Of a DNA stretch of 64,000 nt, positions 11,902-24,400 are shown in pieces. Source of the stretch: Aplysia californica (Eukaryota); assembly GCF_000002075.1 (NCBI RefSeq), contig NW_004797443.1, forward strand, positions 500,718-564,717. Direction: 5' to 3'. Numbering within the stretch: the first letter of the stretch is position 1; each line of letters begins with the position of its first letter. The notes under the pieces are model-generated. The model did no database searches and was not told the DNA's origin. It saw nothing but the letters and a program-made list of their open reading frames with translations. Position numbers and translations under genes: made by a program.

Positions 11902-12027
11902 GCACTATTTCTCCAAACGTTCGGGAAAATAAAGCTGGGCACTATTATTCGGAACGTTCGGGAAAATAAAGCTAGGCACTATTTCTCCGAACGTTTCGGA
12001 AAATAAAGCTGGGCACTATTTCTCCGA
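11902..12027. repeat. 37-bp tandem repeat, ~3.4 copies
   Basis: Unit gcactatttctcc(g/a)aacgttcgggaaaataaagctgg; contains the palindrome CCGAACGTTCGG. Confidence 0.9.
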
Positions 12028-12483
12028 GCACTCTGAAATCACATCCTTTCCCGCAAATTTCGGATAGTATAGATCTGTTTATAGTACAGACCTACCAAAG
12101 ATTGTTCGTATACAATATAATATGGTTCAATCGGTCCAAAAAATGTCCGCAGTAAATATTTATATATAAAGAAATGCTACAGTTCCAAACAGTTTTTCGC
12201 TACAGGTATGACGTGTTGCCTATGAAGGGTGCTGCTCTTAAACTGAATGGCATTCCATCTCGCACACATTTCTACAGATTTGATTGTTTGTCAGCGTATA
12301 AGATTTTTTGTCAGGAAAAAACATACAATGTACTGCCTCTATATTGCTATTGTATAAAATTGTAAAGCACTCAGAGCCTGTGTTTTTTAATCAGGGTTGA
12401 GCACTTGCCTGTCTATTTTTATTCTGTTATGACTCAATGTCTTCAGCAGGTTTCACATCTAGAGAATAGCTCCTGGACTCAAG

Positions 12484-15400
12484 ATGGCTCAGATGTCAGA
12501 GTATTGGCTCATCTCTGCACCTGGAGAAAAAACGCCGCAGAATACATTTGAGAGATTGAATCAAGCTACCAGACCTGGCAATGACAAACTGTCAGAGAAT
12601 TACAAATTCAACATTCCTGATCTGAAGGTACTGTTGCCATTTTTAAAGAGTAATTGATTTTATCTTCCCACTTATCTTGTTTTAGTGTCTGAGACTGCAA
12701 AAATTTGATGTCTTTATCATAGATTGAGGACTGAACATAAACTACAGCAGTTAAAATTTGCCCTACTACTCAAATTATAAAATATAATTTTCACTTTCCT
12801 ACTTAGCAAAGCATAATAATTTAAAACTCGCACGTAGTTAGAATGTATATATAAATATAATGAATTTACAGTGTAGATGGGGTTTTTGTTGGGTTTTTTT
12901 CTCTTTTTTTCTGAGTTTTGATTTTGTTTTTTGGTCATGTTGTAAAAGTGAGTGATCCTATTTTTTTCCTTTCAGAAAATGTGGAAAGTCTTTTATGATA
13001 GACTGTGCCCACTATTTTGCATGTATTGCCTTGTACTTCATAAAATTTGTTTTCAACCTCTGTGGTGTCTCAATTAAAGCGTTGGATAAAATAAGCTTTT
13101 AGTAATCTGTTCAGTAAACAATAATGTATGGCACGAGAATGATCTTCTTCTGGTCTCCAGGTTGGCACACTTGATGTCCTTGTGGCTCTGTCTGATGACC
13201 TTGGTAAAATTGACATCTACACAGAGAGGTAAGGAATTGAGATGTGCAGGAATGTCTGTTCTTGTATGCTCAAGCTGATATTTAACAGGGGTTTGCAAAT
13301 GTTGGTAAATTCCATGTATTGCGGGGGTAAGTTTGATGACTCCAAATTTGTACTTAATTTCTCCCACTCGATTAAGTCTGTATAAGCTTTGATGAATTTT
13401 ACTCATTCTCAGTTCCTACAGTAAAGTATAAGATTGTCAACTCCTGGCAATAACAATGTTGGCAAGATCATAATGTTTCATTGGTCTCTCGCTGCCCTTC
13501 GCAGCTCAGTAGATATAAACTGCCAGTGGGTGGTTGGCAGGTGCCCTGGTGTGGTTTGCTTCTTCTTTCATATCAGACATCTATCGTCCTGATCTCTCCT
13601 CCTTCTTTTTCGTGTTTGTTTCTCTCTTGTAACACCTCTAATCTTCGCCACTTATGACCTTATTGTGTTGCAAGTGCCGTAAAACTATCGCTAAAACTAA
13701 ACATAAACTGCCAAACCAAGACGTAACTGTTATTTGTTTGTAATTATGTTTACTATATATATAGTCCATGAGCCATTTATGGTTATTGTGTTATAAATGA
13801 AGCATAAATTCAAATTGTTTGATAAAATGTAGTTGAAATATACAGTACTCTTCGCCAAAGATTGTCAAAACGCTTTGAGTCATGTGATGTTGTAAACTTT
13901 GGCACACACCAGAAGGAAATGTCTATTCAGAGAGTAACTTTATCGAAAGATTTCAGCCAGCTGTTGAGCTGTTTTGAACTCCTTTTGTTTTCAATAGGTT
14001 TGGAGTACTGTAACATAGCAGCTTCTGTTTAATTACATGTTCCCTGCAAGGTCATAATGAAAAGCATTGGGTTCTGCTGTTTTGTTTTAAATGGGTCATG
14101 TCTGTTTTGTTTTAAATGGGTTATGTCTGTTTAGTTATTTAGTGGGTCAAGTCTGGTAATTCCCCACTGTTGTGTTGATCTTACAGCATCGTACGGAAAG
14201 TTGCCTCTACCCTAGAAGATGTGCTGGAGTCCTCGGCCAAAGGCAACCTAACAGAGAACTTGAAAATTGGAGGAGAATGTAAGTGTGAAAGTTACTTCAG
14301 TTACACTTGTTAAAAAAAGTTCTAATTCTCTGAACACAGGCTCACAGAGAGAGTTAATGGGGTTTTTTTTTAGACCTTCTTTTAATTATTTTTTTGGGTG
14401 GGGGAGGGGGTATTTTTTGTTTTGTTTAGTTGAAGCTTTTTCCTTTTCATTCAGTGAAAGCTTTTTTTTTTGTCTTCGTGAACTTAAAGCTTATCAACTA
14501 AACAATGGTCAGTTATTGCTGAGAACAGGATTACAGTAGACAAAAAAAGGCTCCTTCTTTCCTTCCTTCCTCTGGCTGGCCACCGTTAGGAGGGTGGCAA
14601 TCTGCCGCAGGCAGACAGGTAAGAGGCAACCTCGTGTGGCCTCGTCCAGAGTATATCCAGGCCCCCCAAAAAGGCTCCTTCCAAACAACTGCCATTTTGT
14701 CAAAAGTTTTTGTTGGTAAGTTCTGTTTCTCAATGGCCTGTGTAAGGCAGAACATACAAATATTTCGTAGTGGTCGTTGTGGCATCTGTGATTAAGTTCT
14801 TTGCCTTGCATGCACATGGTATGAGTTTAATTACCGTGTTGGGATGAACTTTTAGAGAGTACTTTCATCTTACTGGAGCAAGAAATCCCGCTCTTCCCAG
14901 GCTGACCCAGACCAACGAGGTCAAAGCAACCCATTTGCTGAATAATCTAAACAATGTTGGTGTAGGTGAAAAACATGTGCCTCCCCTTTTACAACACAAT
15001 AAAATGGTCACATTAAAGAGTTTTACAGGGGCAGAGATAGTATTAAGTGATGTTATACCTTGAGTCATTTTGAGATACTGTGTTGTCCCCTCTTTCTGGA
15101 TCAGCAGCAACAGCTACAACCTGTGAATTGATCGTACATTCGTCTTGAATGCTTCTTATTTCACTTAAATGTATTGATGAAAATACCAACATCTTTGGTG
15201 TAGCAGTTAGGCGCTTTGCTGTTGTACACAGGAGATCTGAATTCAAATCCCAAGGAGTGAATGATTTTTACCAGGTATCTGTCTTTCTGCTGGCATGTTG
15301 TATCTCTCTCAGCCTGGTTTGGCCCTGACTGGCAAGTTTGGAAGCCCCCCTCCTAAATGATTTAAATGGTGTTGATGGCGGCATAAAAACTCCTACATTT

Positions 15401-18400
15401 CAAAACAAATAATTTTTGTCAATTAAATTCTTAGTTATTTCCTCATGAATGGATCAGAGGACAAACTACTTTGTAGGTGATGTTAGGTGTAATTGTTTGC
15501 TTTCCTCATTTTCTGTCATTCCATCCCCACAGTCACGCCTCAGGCTTATATGCAGAAGTTTTCCTGGGAATTAGCAAAGTACCCTGTGAAACAGTCATTA
15601 CGTTCCATCGCTGACATCATTTCCAAGGTGAGATTTTTTTGGGGGTGAGACTTGAGTCCAACACATGTTGATGAGACTTGTTATATAGTGTGTTATTGTA
15701 GATAAATCTCTTCATAGTTGTTGTGAATTAGTAGGTATAACTCACGATAGTCTATTATTATCTTTCGTGACGGAAAAATCTTGCCTTGTTTACGATGGAC
15801 CTGCTGACATGATGAGCTTCGATCTAAATTCAACACGAAGGGAGTCCTTGAGGGAGAAACCCTACAGGCATTGATCTACACGATCAATTCAGCTAATGGG
15901 AAGTGTCTCTGTGTTTTATGGTCTTTTTAGACTTTGACCCAAGGTACTCGCGGCAAAAGAATTTTTCCGATGTGTGGAACACAGTGAGAGCTGACTAGGA
16001 CTGACTGCAGGTAGAATCGATAACTCAGTTTCATCCCAAACTGGTTATACAGTCTTTTAAAATAAAACTCCAGCCGTGATGGTTAATGTTTGTTCCAAAT
16101 CAGACCCCTAAAGAAAAATAAGACATAGATATAGAAACATTTCTCAACTTGTTATTGTCATGTTTGAAACTAACTTCCAGTGAGAATCCCAGCCTTCAGT
16201 TCCTTCAGAAATTCTTCTAAGCATTGCGGCTGATCGACAAAGTTGACCCACTAGGCTTTTTAGTGTGCTCAGTCCATGTGGCTCGAATACAGTGCGTTTA
16301 GTGAGCCAATTTACTTCAGCAGGTTAAAAAACAGTTTTACTGCTGTCCCAATCTCAGTTTCATTGTAGTTTTGTTCAAAAATCCTGGATAGTCACTTTAG
16401 CATTGTTCTTTAGTAGTTATATCACATAGTGAAGGTTAAGTTTGAGCCTAATTTCCACTCTAAAGCGTGGATGTTAAAGGTCAAAATTTAACATATTAAT
16501 GTAACTGCTTTATGTTGTTGATAGTCCAACTGGCCCTTGCTTTAATAAAAATTTAACTGTTATGTTTGCTTGAACCTATTTCCTTTGAAAAATATTCTGT
16601 CTGTAAGATATGGTGCTGCCTCAAAAGTACTCACAATCATTAACCCTTTTTGGGCTGTCCAAGTTTGAAAGATTTGTATTATTTTAATTAAAGTGATTTA
16701 TACCTAAAAGATTGTGTGAGCCTTCCATAAGGGAAGTTCAAGTCCAAGAGATTGAACTTTTTGTGAAGAGCCCCATTTTTCCCATGTGCTTATTGTGCTT
16801 AGCTTGGATGAATGTGTGTTTGTTTTCCTCTATATTACCTATATAGATGGAAAGTTTAAAGTTGTCATTTTGCCTTGCACCTTTTTTTTTTTTTCTCTCG
16901 TGTAGGACGTGACCCACATAGAGTCTGAGCTGAAGACCCGCTACAACGCTTACAACAACCTTAAGGGTAATCTGCAGCAGCTGGCTCGCAAGACCACGTG
17001 AGTTGTTGACTTAAAGCACCATGACAGTCAAAATATTATTTCCTCACTCATTTTTTTACCAGGGTTCTTGTTATTCATGTGGTAAAAATGTCTGTTGTTA
17101 AAATGTTACTATGTCTGTTACTCTCTGTCTCCTCAATTTTGCTAGGTTTTATTTCGTGTATGAAAAATCCTATTTTTGACACCTTTTTTACTTTTGCAAA
17201 AGTGAAAAGGTTTACTTAGGTAGGTTTTTTAAAATAAAGTTTGCTCAGAATTTTAAAAAATGCTTTAGGCAGTCGTGTCATGACTGATGAGATGGTCACA
17301 AGGGGGCAGTGAGGGTTGAATCTTTTATCAAGTAGCATGATGCTTACCTTCCATGACAAGTGCCTAGCTTGCTTCTCGACTTGTGTAGAATGTGTTTAAA
17401 TTAGTTTTTACTTAATTTTTTTACTTCCTTGATCAGAGAGTAGATCTGAGTGAGGCCTTTTCTTTTTATTCAGTGTTTTTACGCCCTCATTGTCATAATT
17501 TAGGAGGTGGGATTTGACCCTGCATGTCAGGGCTAATCTAGGTTGAGAGGGATACTCTACATTCGAGCAGAAAAACTGAGATATTCTATAAAAAATTCTA
17601 CCCACCTGGAAATTGAACTCATCTTCTGTGGGGAGTTGCGAAGCGCCTAACCACAAAGCCAAGAATTTTAAGAACCTAACACCATCGTCTCGTATGTTCC
17701 ATTCCCAGTGGCAGTTTGATGACCCGTAATGTTGGCGATCTGGTGAAGAAAGAAGACTTTATCCTGGACTCAGAGTATCTGGTCACCTTGGTGGTCATTG
17801 TACCCAAGTGAGTGGCCTGGATGTTTGACTCTTTGATTTGTTTTGGTTTTGGTTTTACTGGACTGAGGTTAGGCATGTGCAGTGATGAATTTTCCTCTGT
17901 CCTTACAACAGAAGACTCACCCTGCTTCAAAAGAAGTCTCTTTCTCGGTCTAGATTTTTTTCCTATTTAGACATTTCCGTTCTTACATCTCGATACCTCC
18001 CGCACACACACCCACACTCACATATCTTTGAGAGGGAGAGGGGGGGGTCATGTTTTGGAGTAAGGAATGTATTGTAATTATTTGTAGTTTGCTTAGCTAA
18101 TTGTGTATTACTCATTGGGAGAGGGAAAACATTTTTAATAAGGGTCTTTGTTAGGAGTGCAAGTCCAACACAGTCTGTTCAGGTATCGATCCACAATCTT
18201 CTATGAATGAATGGCCGATAGGTCCTCCTTTGGAAGCTACCTCTCCTTCTTTTCCTTCTTCTTCTCCTCCTCCTCCTCCTCTTCCTCCTCCCATCTTTTT
18301 ATCTTCTTCCTCCCTTCTTCTCCTTCTCCTCCTTGTCCCTTCTTCTCTTTTCTCCTCCTCTTTTCTTTTCTCTTCGTCCTCCCTTAATCTGCTTCAAGTA

Positions 18401-21400
18401 AAACATCTGTCTTGCCCTTTCTGACATGCACACTAAATACAGTGATCTGTTGGAAGACCAAGTGCGGGTCTTTCAAAATAACCTTTCTGTGCTAAAATGA
18501 GGAATAAAGATTCCTTTATACTTAATCATTCTCCCCAGGACCATCACTGATGAGTGGCAGAAGAAGTATGAGAAATTGACAGACAAGGTGGTGCCACGAT
18601 CTTCAAGGTCAGTCCTTTTCCGCTCTCCCTTCCTCCCACCCTTCCTGATGGGTTAACTCACTTCAGACGGTTCACACAACAGTTGCGTGACCCCCGCGGC
18701 GACGGCTCCCACGAGTCCTGCGTGACCAACTTTGGATTTTTTTTTCGCTCTACAAATCACGCATGGATCGCGAGACCCGCCTCGTACCATTGTTTGGCCA
18801 AGCCTGAGCTACTTAGACTTCGTTTCGTATCTCTGGGGCCGGTAGTTTTTAAGTTATTGAAGGTGAAGGACAGTGACCCCAACTGGGGTTGAACAGACCG
18901 GAACTCGCGCTTTGTTTTTTTCTATACAGCTGATAGTAATCCGACAGTCGCGTCGTAGTAACGGTCGAAGAAGTCGCATGAACAAGAATCACATAATTTC
19001 GCCCATTTCTATACTTCTGTACGTTTTACTAGTTCTAGTGTCTCAGAATATGATGTGTCTAATAGTTAGGATCCTGGATATGTACCCGAACACGGCCCGA
19101 GTCGTAGTTCTAGGGCTAGATCTAGCACTAGTACCGGTGTTGTTTTTCGCGCAACGAAATCACGTCGTGCCGTACATCTGTCTCACGTAATTCAGTGTAT
19201 GGGTCTGAATCAATGCACAGACCAGCTTTTATATTTTCACCAAACACTCCCACATGTATACAAATCAAACCAGAACACTTTGAACTTTTATTTTTGTTGT
19301 TGTAGTGAATTTCATTCTACTTGTCACGTCTCTGGAAATTTTTCAGAAAATCAAATTCATGCCAATTTTTTTAAAATCATGCAAATTAAAGTATTAGACT
19401 TAGACAAATTTAGTTTTTTGTATTAGATTAAGCTTGAATGTTACTTTACTGTGTCAAAAAATAATTACAATAGGGTAATTCTGAGAGTTGTGGTGATTTA
19501 TTGAAATACCCCCAAAAACGCCAGTCTTCAACGCTTGTGACTGGTGAAAGGGCCCAGTCGCAAGTGACTTAAGAGGAGGGACACCTGAACAACACATTTT
19601 TCATTGCTAATGGAGCAATAGTGCTCAAACTAACATGGTATGTTGTATGGAAGATGCAGATTAAAATCAGATGAACAACATAAGTTTTTTTTTAACGGTT
19701 ACCATGGAAACGGCGGCCATATTGGATTTTGTTTACATTTTTCAATTCAATATAACTCCTGAACTACTTGTCCAAATGAGATGCCATTTTGTGTGGTTAC
19801 AAAGAATTGGTATAGAAACAAAGTAACAACGCCATTTTTTGTAAAGAAAGTCTCTGAAAGAAAAAAATACAAAGTGCATGAGGGTGACCTAATTTTACCA
19901 AAATTTACCAAAAAGGACTTTTCAAAAGGCTATAATTTCAAATGATTTCATTTATCATTAAAAAGGAGATTGTAATTTTGTGTGGTATACATCTGTGCAC
20001 ACTCATGCCAAACTAGAGAACAATATCTCAAACGGTTCAGGAGCTATAAGGATTTGAATGATGTTAATATTGTTAAAAACAAGAAACGGAGAAAAACAGC
20101 TCTAAAAGTGTTGGTTAGTACAAGCAGCTACAACACCTCACCTACCTCTCTAAAACTGCCCTGCACCATATGTTACTCCTTCCTGCTGCTGTAACTCAAG
20201 CTGTCTGCGAGCTTTGGCAGCTCTCCTCATTGCCAGTCTGTGTTTCACAGCTTTATCCTGCTTTGCCGCTGAATTCTGTAGGCGCTTGATTTGTCGACGC
20301 AGCCCAAGACGATTGCTGTGGTGACCCTGGCCAACTCCTATGCACTCCTTCAACCGAACTGAAGCATCATGGCCGAAGTTAAACTCAGCAGTTGATAGAA
20401 GAACAGAAAATTGCACCTTTTTCAGAGAAGCGAACTTATGCTTTGGGCAGCTGCTCCAGATTTTAGAGTGGAGTGACTCATTCGCATTCTGAGTGACACC
20501 GAGAAGGCAACGCTGAAGTATCTTGGGGTCAGAAAGGCGCTTGTACACTGGCTTTAGGTGTTTGCTGAGGAGATTATAATTAAGAGGTGTGTGTACAAGT
20601 GTTTTGTGTGGGCCAGGTTCCTCATTTCGAGCAACAGCAGCATTGTAGAAGCACCAAGATCCAGTGCCAGCGGGGCAAAGGTGGTGCATTGGGCGGTTGT
20701 CTGTAGAATAGCCGTGATACATCGAAGCAAGAATTCCTTTCCTCATGTCTTCCACATTCTTATTTTTTCGTATAGCTCTAGTGTAGTAGATTGAAAGCCT
20801 CCTGATAGTTTCTTGCTTCAAAGTACCATAGCCCCTCCCACCGAGAGTGATCTTACGTTTACTGCAGTCACTTACGAGGTTACGAAGAGCTGTTCCCATC
20901 CTCTTCCCCACATGGTTGACACACTCCTCCTTATTCACCTCAACATTCCTGCCATAGGGTTCCATCTCCACAATTCTGTTGTAGGCCTTTGAGTCCCCGT
21001 CTGAAACCATTGTGGTGTAGCGCAGCTTGAACTTCTCGACGGAGCGAGACCAAAGGATTTCCGCAGCACGGGTCTCCATCATCGCAGATGATCCTAGTAC
21101 AGTAAAAAAAATTCAAATAAAGAACAGAATTATAAATCATTGTGTCAAAAGGATGCCAATAGTAAGTCATGGTTTTAAATTAATGTGTATAAAGGTACAT
21201 TTTATTTTATTTATCCTAAATCTTGAGAAATTCAGGCCCAATCCTATGCTGTCATAGATTTCTTCATTCCTGATGAAGTTATTTCTACTTTGGTAGTTTT
21301 AGTTTGAGCTGCAACAGCAAGAACAGATTGATCTAGATATTCACATGAAAATAATATTGCCAGATCATAATAGCACAGGAGTATAAAACCTTTATAAAAA

Positions 21401-24400
21401 AATCAAGACCTCGTTCATGAAAGCAGACATGTAAAAAAAATTTATATATAAGAATTTTGAAAGCTAGATTTGCAAATTACAGAGTTTCTTACCTTTAAAG
21501 TTTATGTCGCAGTTGGGTTTGTGTTTCCGCTGCCATTCGTCATACACCGCAGCTGACTCTCGTTCCTTAATTTTCGCTCCAGTCTGGGAGCAGGTGTGGC
21601 AATACGTAGAGACTACGTGGAAATCAAGGACGTATCCTGTTAGCGCATCTATAACACAGCCTATGCCTATTGTTGAGGTGTGGCCTCTTGTCATCCATGT
21701 TCCATCGTAACTGACAGCTATGTCTAAAACATCGTCGTCTGCCACCTCCTGCCCATTCTCTTTCATCCGCTCTGACCTCACAAGTCGCACCGTCTTCTCC
21801 TCAGTGAGGCGCCTGAACTCTTCTGCCTTCTTGAAAACTTTGTTGGCTTTCACGTTGAACGTCTTCTTGTGCATCCCAGGAATATTCAAATGTTCACAAA
21901 ATTTGTTAAACGAGCACGGTCCTAGTCCACACATCAATGCAGACGAGACCGCAGAATCATTCACAGCAAACGATTTAGAATTTTCAGTCTTTGTCGACGT
22001 GAACGAAGCACTTGGTGTTTCCTTGCAACGGTCACACACAATCTGCAACTGAACAGCAAGTCCAGCTCGGCGTCCAACACTTTCTGAAATTGTTAGAGAG
22101 CTGTTGAAACAGAAGGGGCAAAGTAAGGGACTGATGAGTTCCTGCAAAGCAGAGATCTCCACCACTGTTCTCGATGTTGATTCAGACGTGTGGGACAGAG
22201 GCACAGGTGTTGGAAGAGCTCTAGAAGCTGCAGGAAAATCAATTATCTTCTTCAATGAACGACTTGATACAGCACCTGTCGAGGTAGGAGTCGTAGTCGT
22301 AGTTGCCGTCGTAGATAGATCTAGATCTAGATCTTTTTCACTGTCCTCTGTTCTAACACTCACATGATCGTCAACAGGCTTACCAGGGCCACCAGAAAGT
22401 TTCCTTTGCGCTCTCGCTGCAGAAAGTTGACAGCGCCTCTTAGAAGGCCTCGTCATTGTATAGCGATCAAACAGGCTTTACTAAATCTATAGGAGAATGC
22501 ACACTGCGAACAAGCAAGCACGTGTTGTAACAAAAGAAATACGCACAAACGTGACCAGTGACCAGCGTCCAGCAACTGTCCGCCAAAAGTAAATTTGAAA
22601 AACAAAGTGAGAAGTGATCCACACTTGGTGTGTTGTGAAAAAGTTATGTTTACAGCGGAAGTGTCAATGTTGCTAGTCGAAAATCCCGGATGTTGTAGAT
22701 CTAAGCCAATGAGATTGCTCGGTTTATTCAAGGGATGACCACGAAGCGGAAGTAGGTCGGTCTCGTGCTATTTATGGCAGAGCTTCCCCCAAATTTTATT
22801 CCGATAGTGTTTAGAAATTCCGATCTGGTTTATTTCTATGAAAGAATTGAGGGAAAGGGGGGTAACTGCGTAAAAGAGAAATTATAGACGCGCGTATCGA
22901 TACCAGTTTCACTACTGTGTTTTGTTCGTGTCGGACGTTATGGAGAGCGTTGTTAGGGGGATTTTTTTCGAGATTCCAGGAATCTTATGCTTCATTTTAT
23001 GTTGCCATGTGTTACAAAATGTTGAATTTCGAAGCAAATAGGCCGATTTTTTTAGTTTTGTTGATGTTATCATGAAGTATAATGATGAATCATACAAGAA
23101 ATACCAAAACCTACATATCGATACCTGAGGCCCAAAACTCGAGTTTCATGAGCCGTCCCTCCTCTTAAGACAAGATAAACTGTTTATCCACATGGGAAAT
23201 TGTGGGTGAATACAATCAATTTACAAGACTCTACATCAACACAGAAAGAAACGGACTCAGTACATTTATGTTCTATAATACACATACAGCGATGCACAAC
23301 TCACTTTTGGAAAGTAATTAAAGTCCGCTCTGCCCACAAGCTGGAGGTACAATATGTGTCATGTATAGAATAATACCCTAGAGTGTCTATTGTCAATGTG
23401 TAATATTTACTTTGATGCGTGCCTACTCTACTCTGGCATTGACCAGATGACAAGGATATGTAGTTACTTGAGGGAGGCATTGTGCTGCCAAGAGCGAAAA
23501 GCTCGCAGCTAAAGGGATTTGAAAACAACAACTTTGATGCGTTGTCTCCGTCTCCTTTCCTTCCTGCTGCCTTCTTTACTCTGCCCTCGAGGCCTTGAAA
23601 TGAACTGATGAAGCTGCAAGAGGCCAAAGAATTTATAAAATCACAGAAGCTATTGTTTTTTAAGCCTAAACACAAGAGATCTACTTCGGACGTTTGTAGC
23701 AGTGCCTCTTCTTCAAAGCACATCCACATGTGTGCTTATGTAGTGGCTTTTAGTTTTACAGAANNNNNNNNNNNNNNNNNNNNNNNNNNNNNNNNNNNNN
23801 NNNNNNNNNNNNNNNNNNNNNNNNNNNNNNNNNNNNNNNNNNNNNNNNNNNNNNNNNNNNNNNNNNNNNNNNNNNNNNNNNNNNNNNNNNNNNNNNNNNN
23901 NNNNNNNNNNNNNNNNNNNNNNNNNNNNNNNNNNNNNNNNNNNNNNNNNNNNNNNNNNNNNNNNNNNNNNNNNNNNNNNNNNNNNNNNNNNNNNNNNNNN
24001 NNNNNNCCCCCCACAGATGTGTGTATGAGGACAATGAGCACCAGGTAATGACTGTCACTTTGTTCCGCTTGGTACAAGACGAATTCAAGAACAAGTGCCG
24101 AGAGAACAAGTAAGTACTTTGCGCTCACACTGACACTTACATTGGTGTCTACATTGACACTCATATTGGTACTCACATTGAAATATTGGCACTTAGATTG
24201 GCACTTACATTGACACTCACATTGGCACTCACATTGACACTCACATTGACACTCACATTGGCACTCACATTGACACTTACATTGACACTCACATTGACAC
24301 TCACATTGGCACTCACATTGACACTCACATTGACACTTACATTGGCACTCACATTGACACTCACATTGACACTCACATTGGCACTCACATTGACAATCAC

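Noticed and set aside
11902-12027. CRISPR-like 37-bp palindromic repeats
   Set aside because: Units are contiguous with no unique spacers, there are no cas genes, and the context is a eukaryotic intron.
14537-14716. Possible alternative ATP6V1C insert exon (AG at 14535-14536, GTAAG donors nearby)
   Set aside because: In the required phase it reaches a TAG stop within ~17 codons.
20558-22367. Plus-strand ORFs inside the transposon as a second (KolX-like) gene
   Set aside because: Short antisense shadows of the transposase with no independent motifs.
23301-23760. 142-aa minus ORF or possible BEL/Pao remnant next to the gap
   Set aside because: No diagnostic motif, stops in the plausible frames, truncated by Ns.
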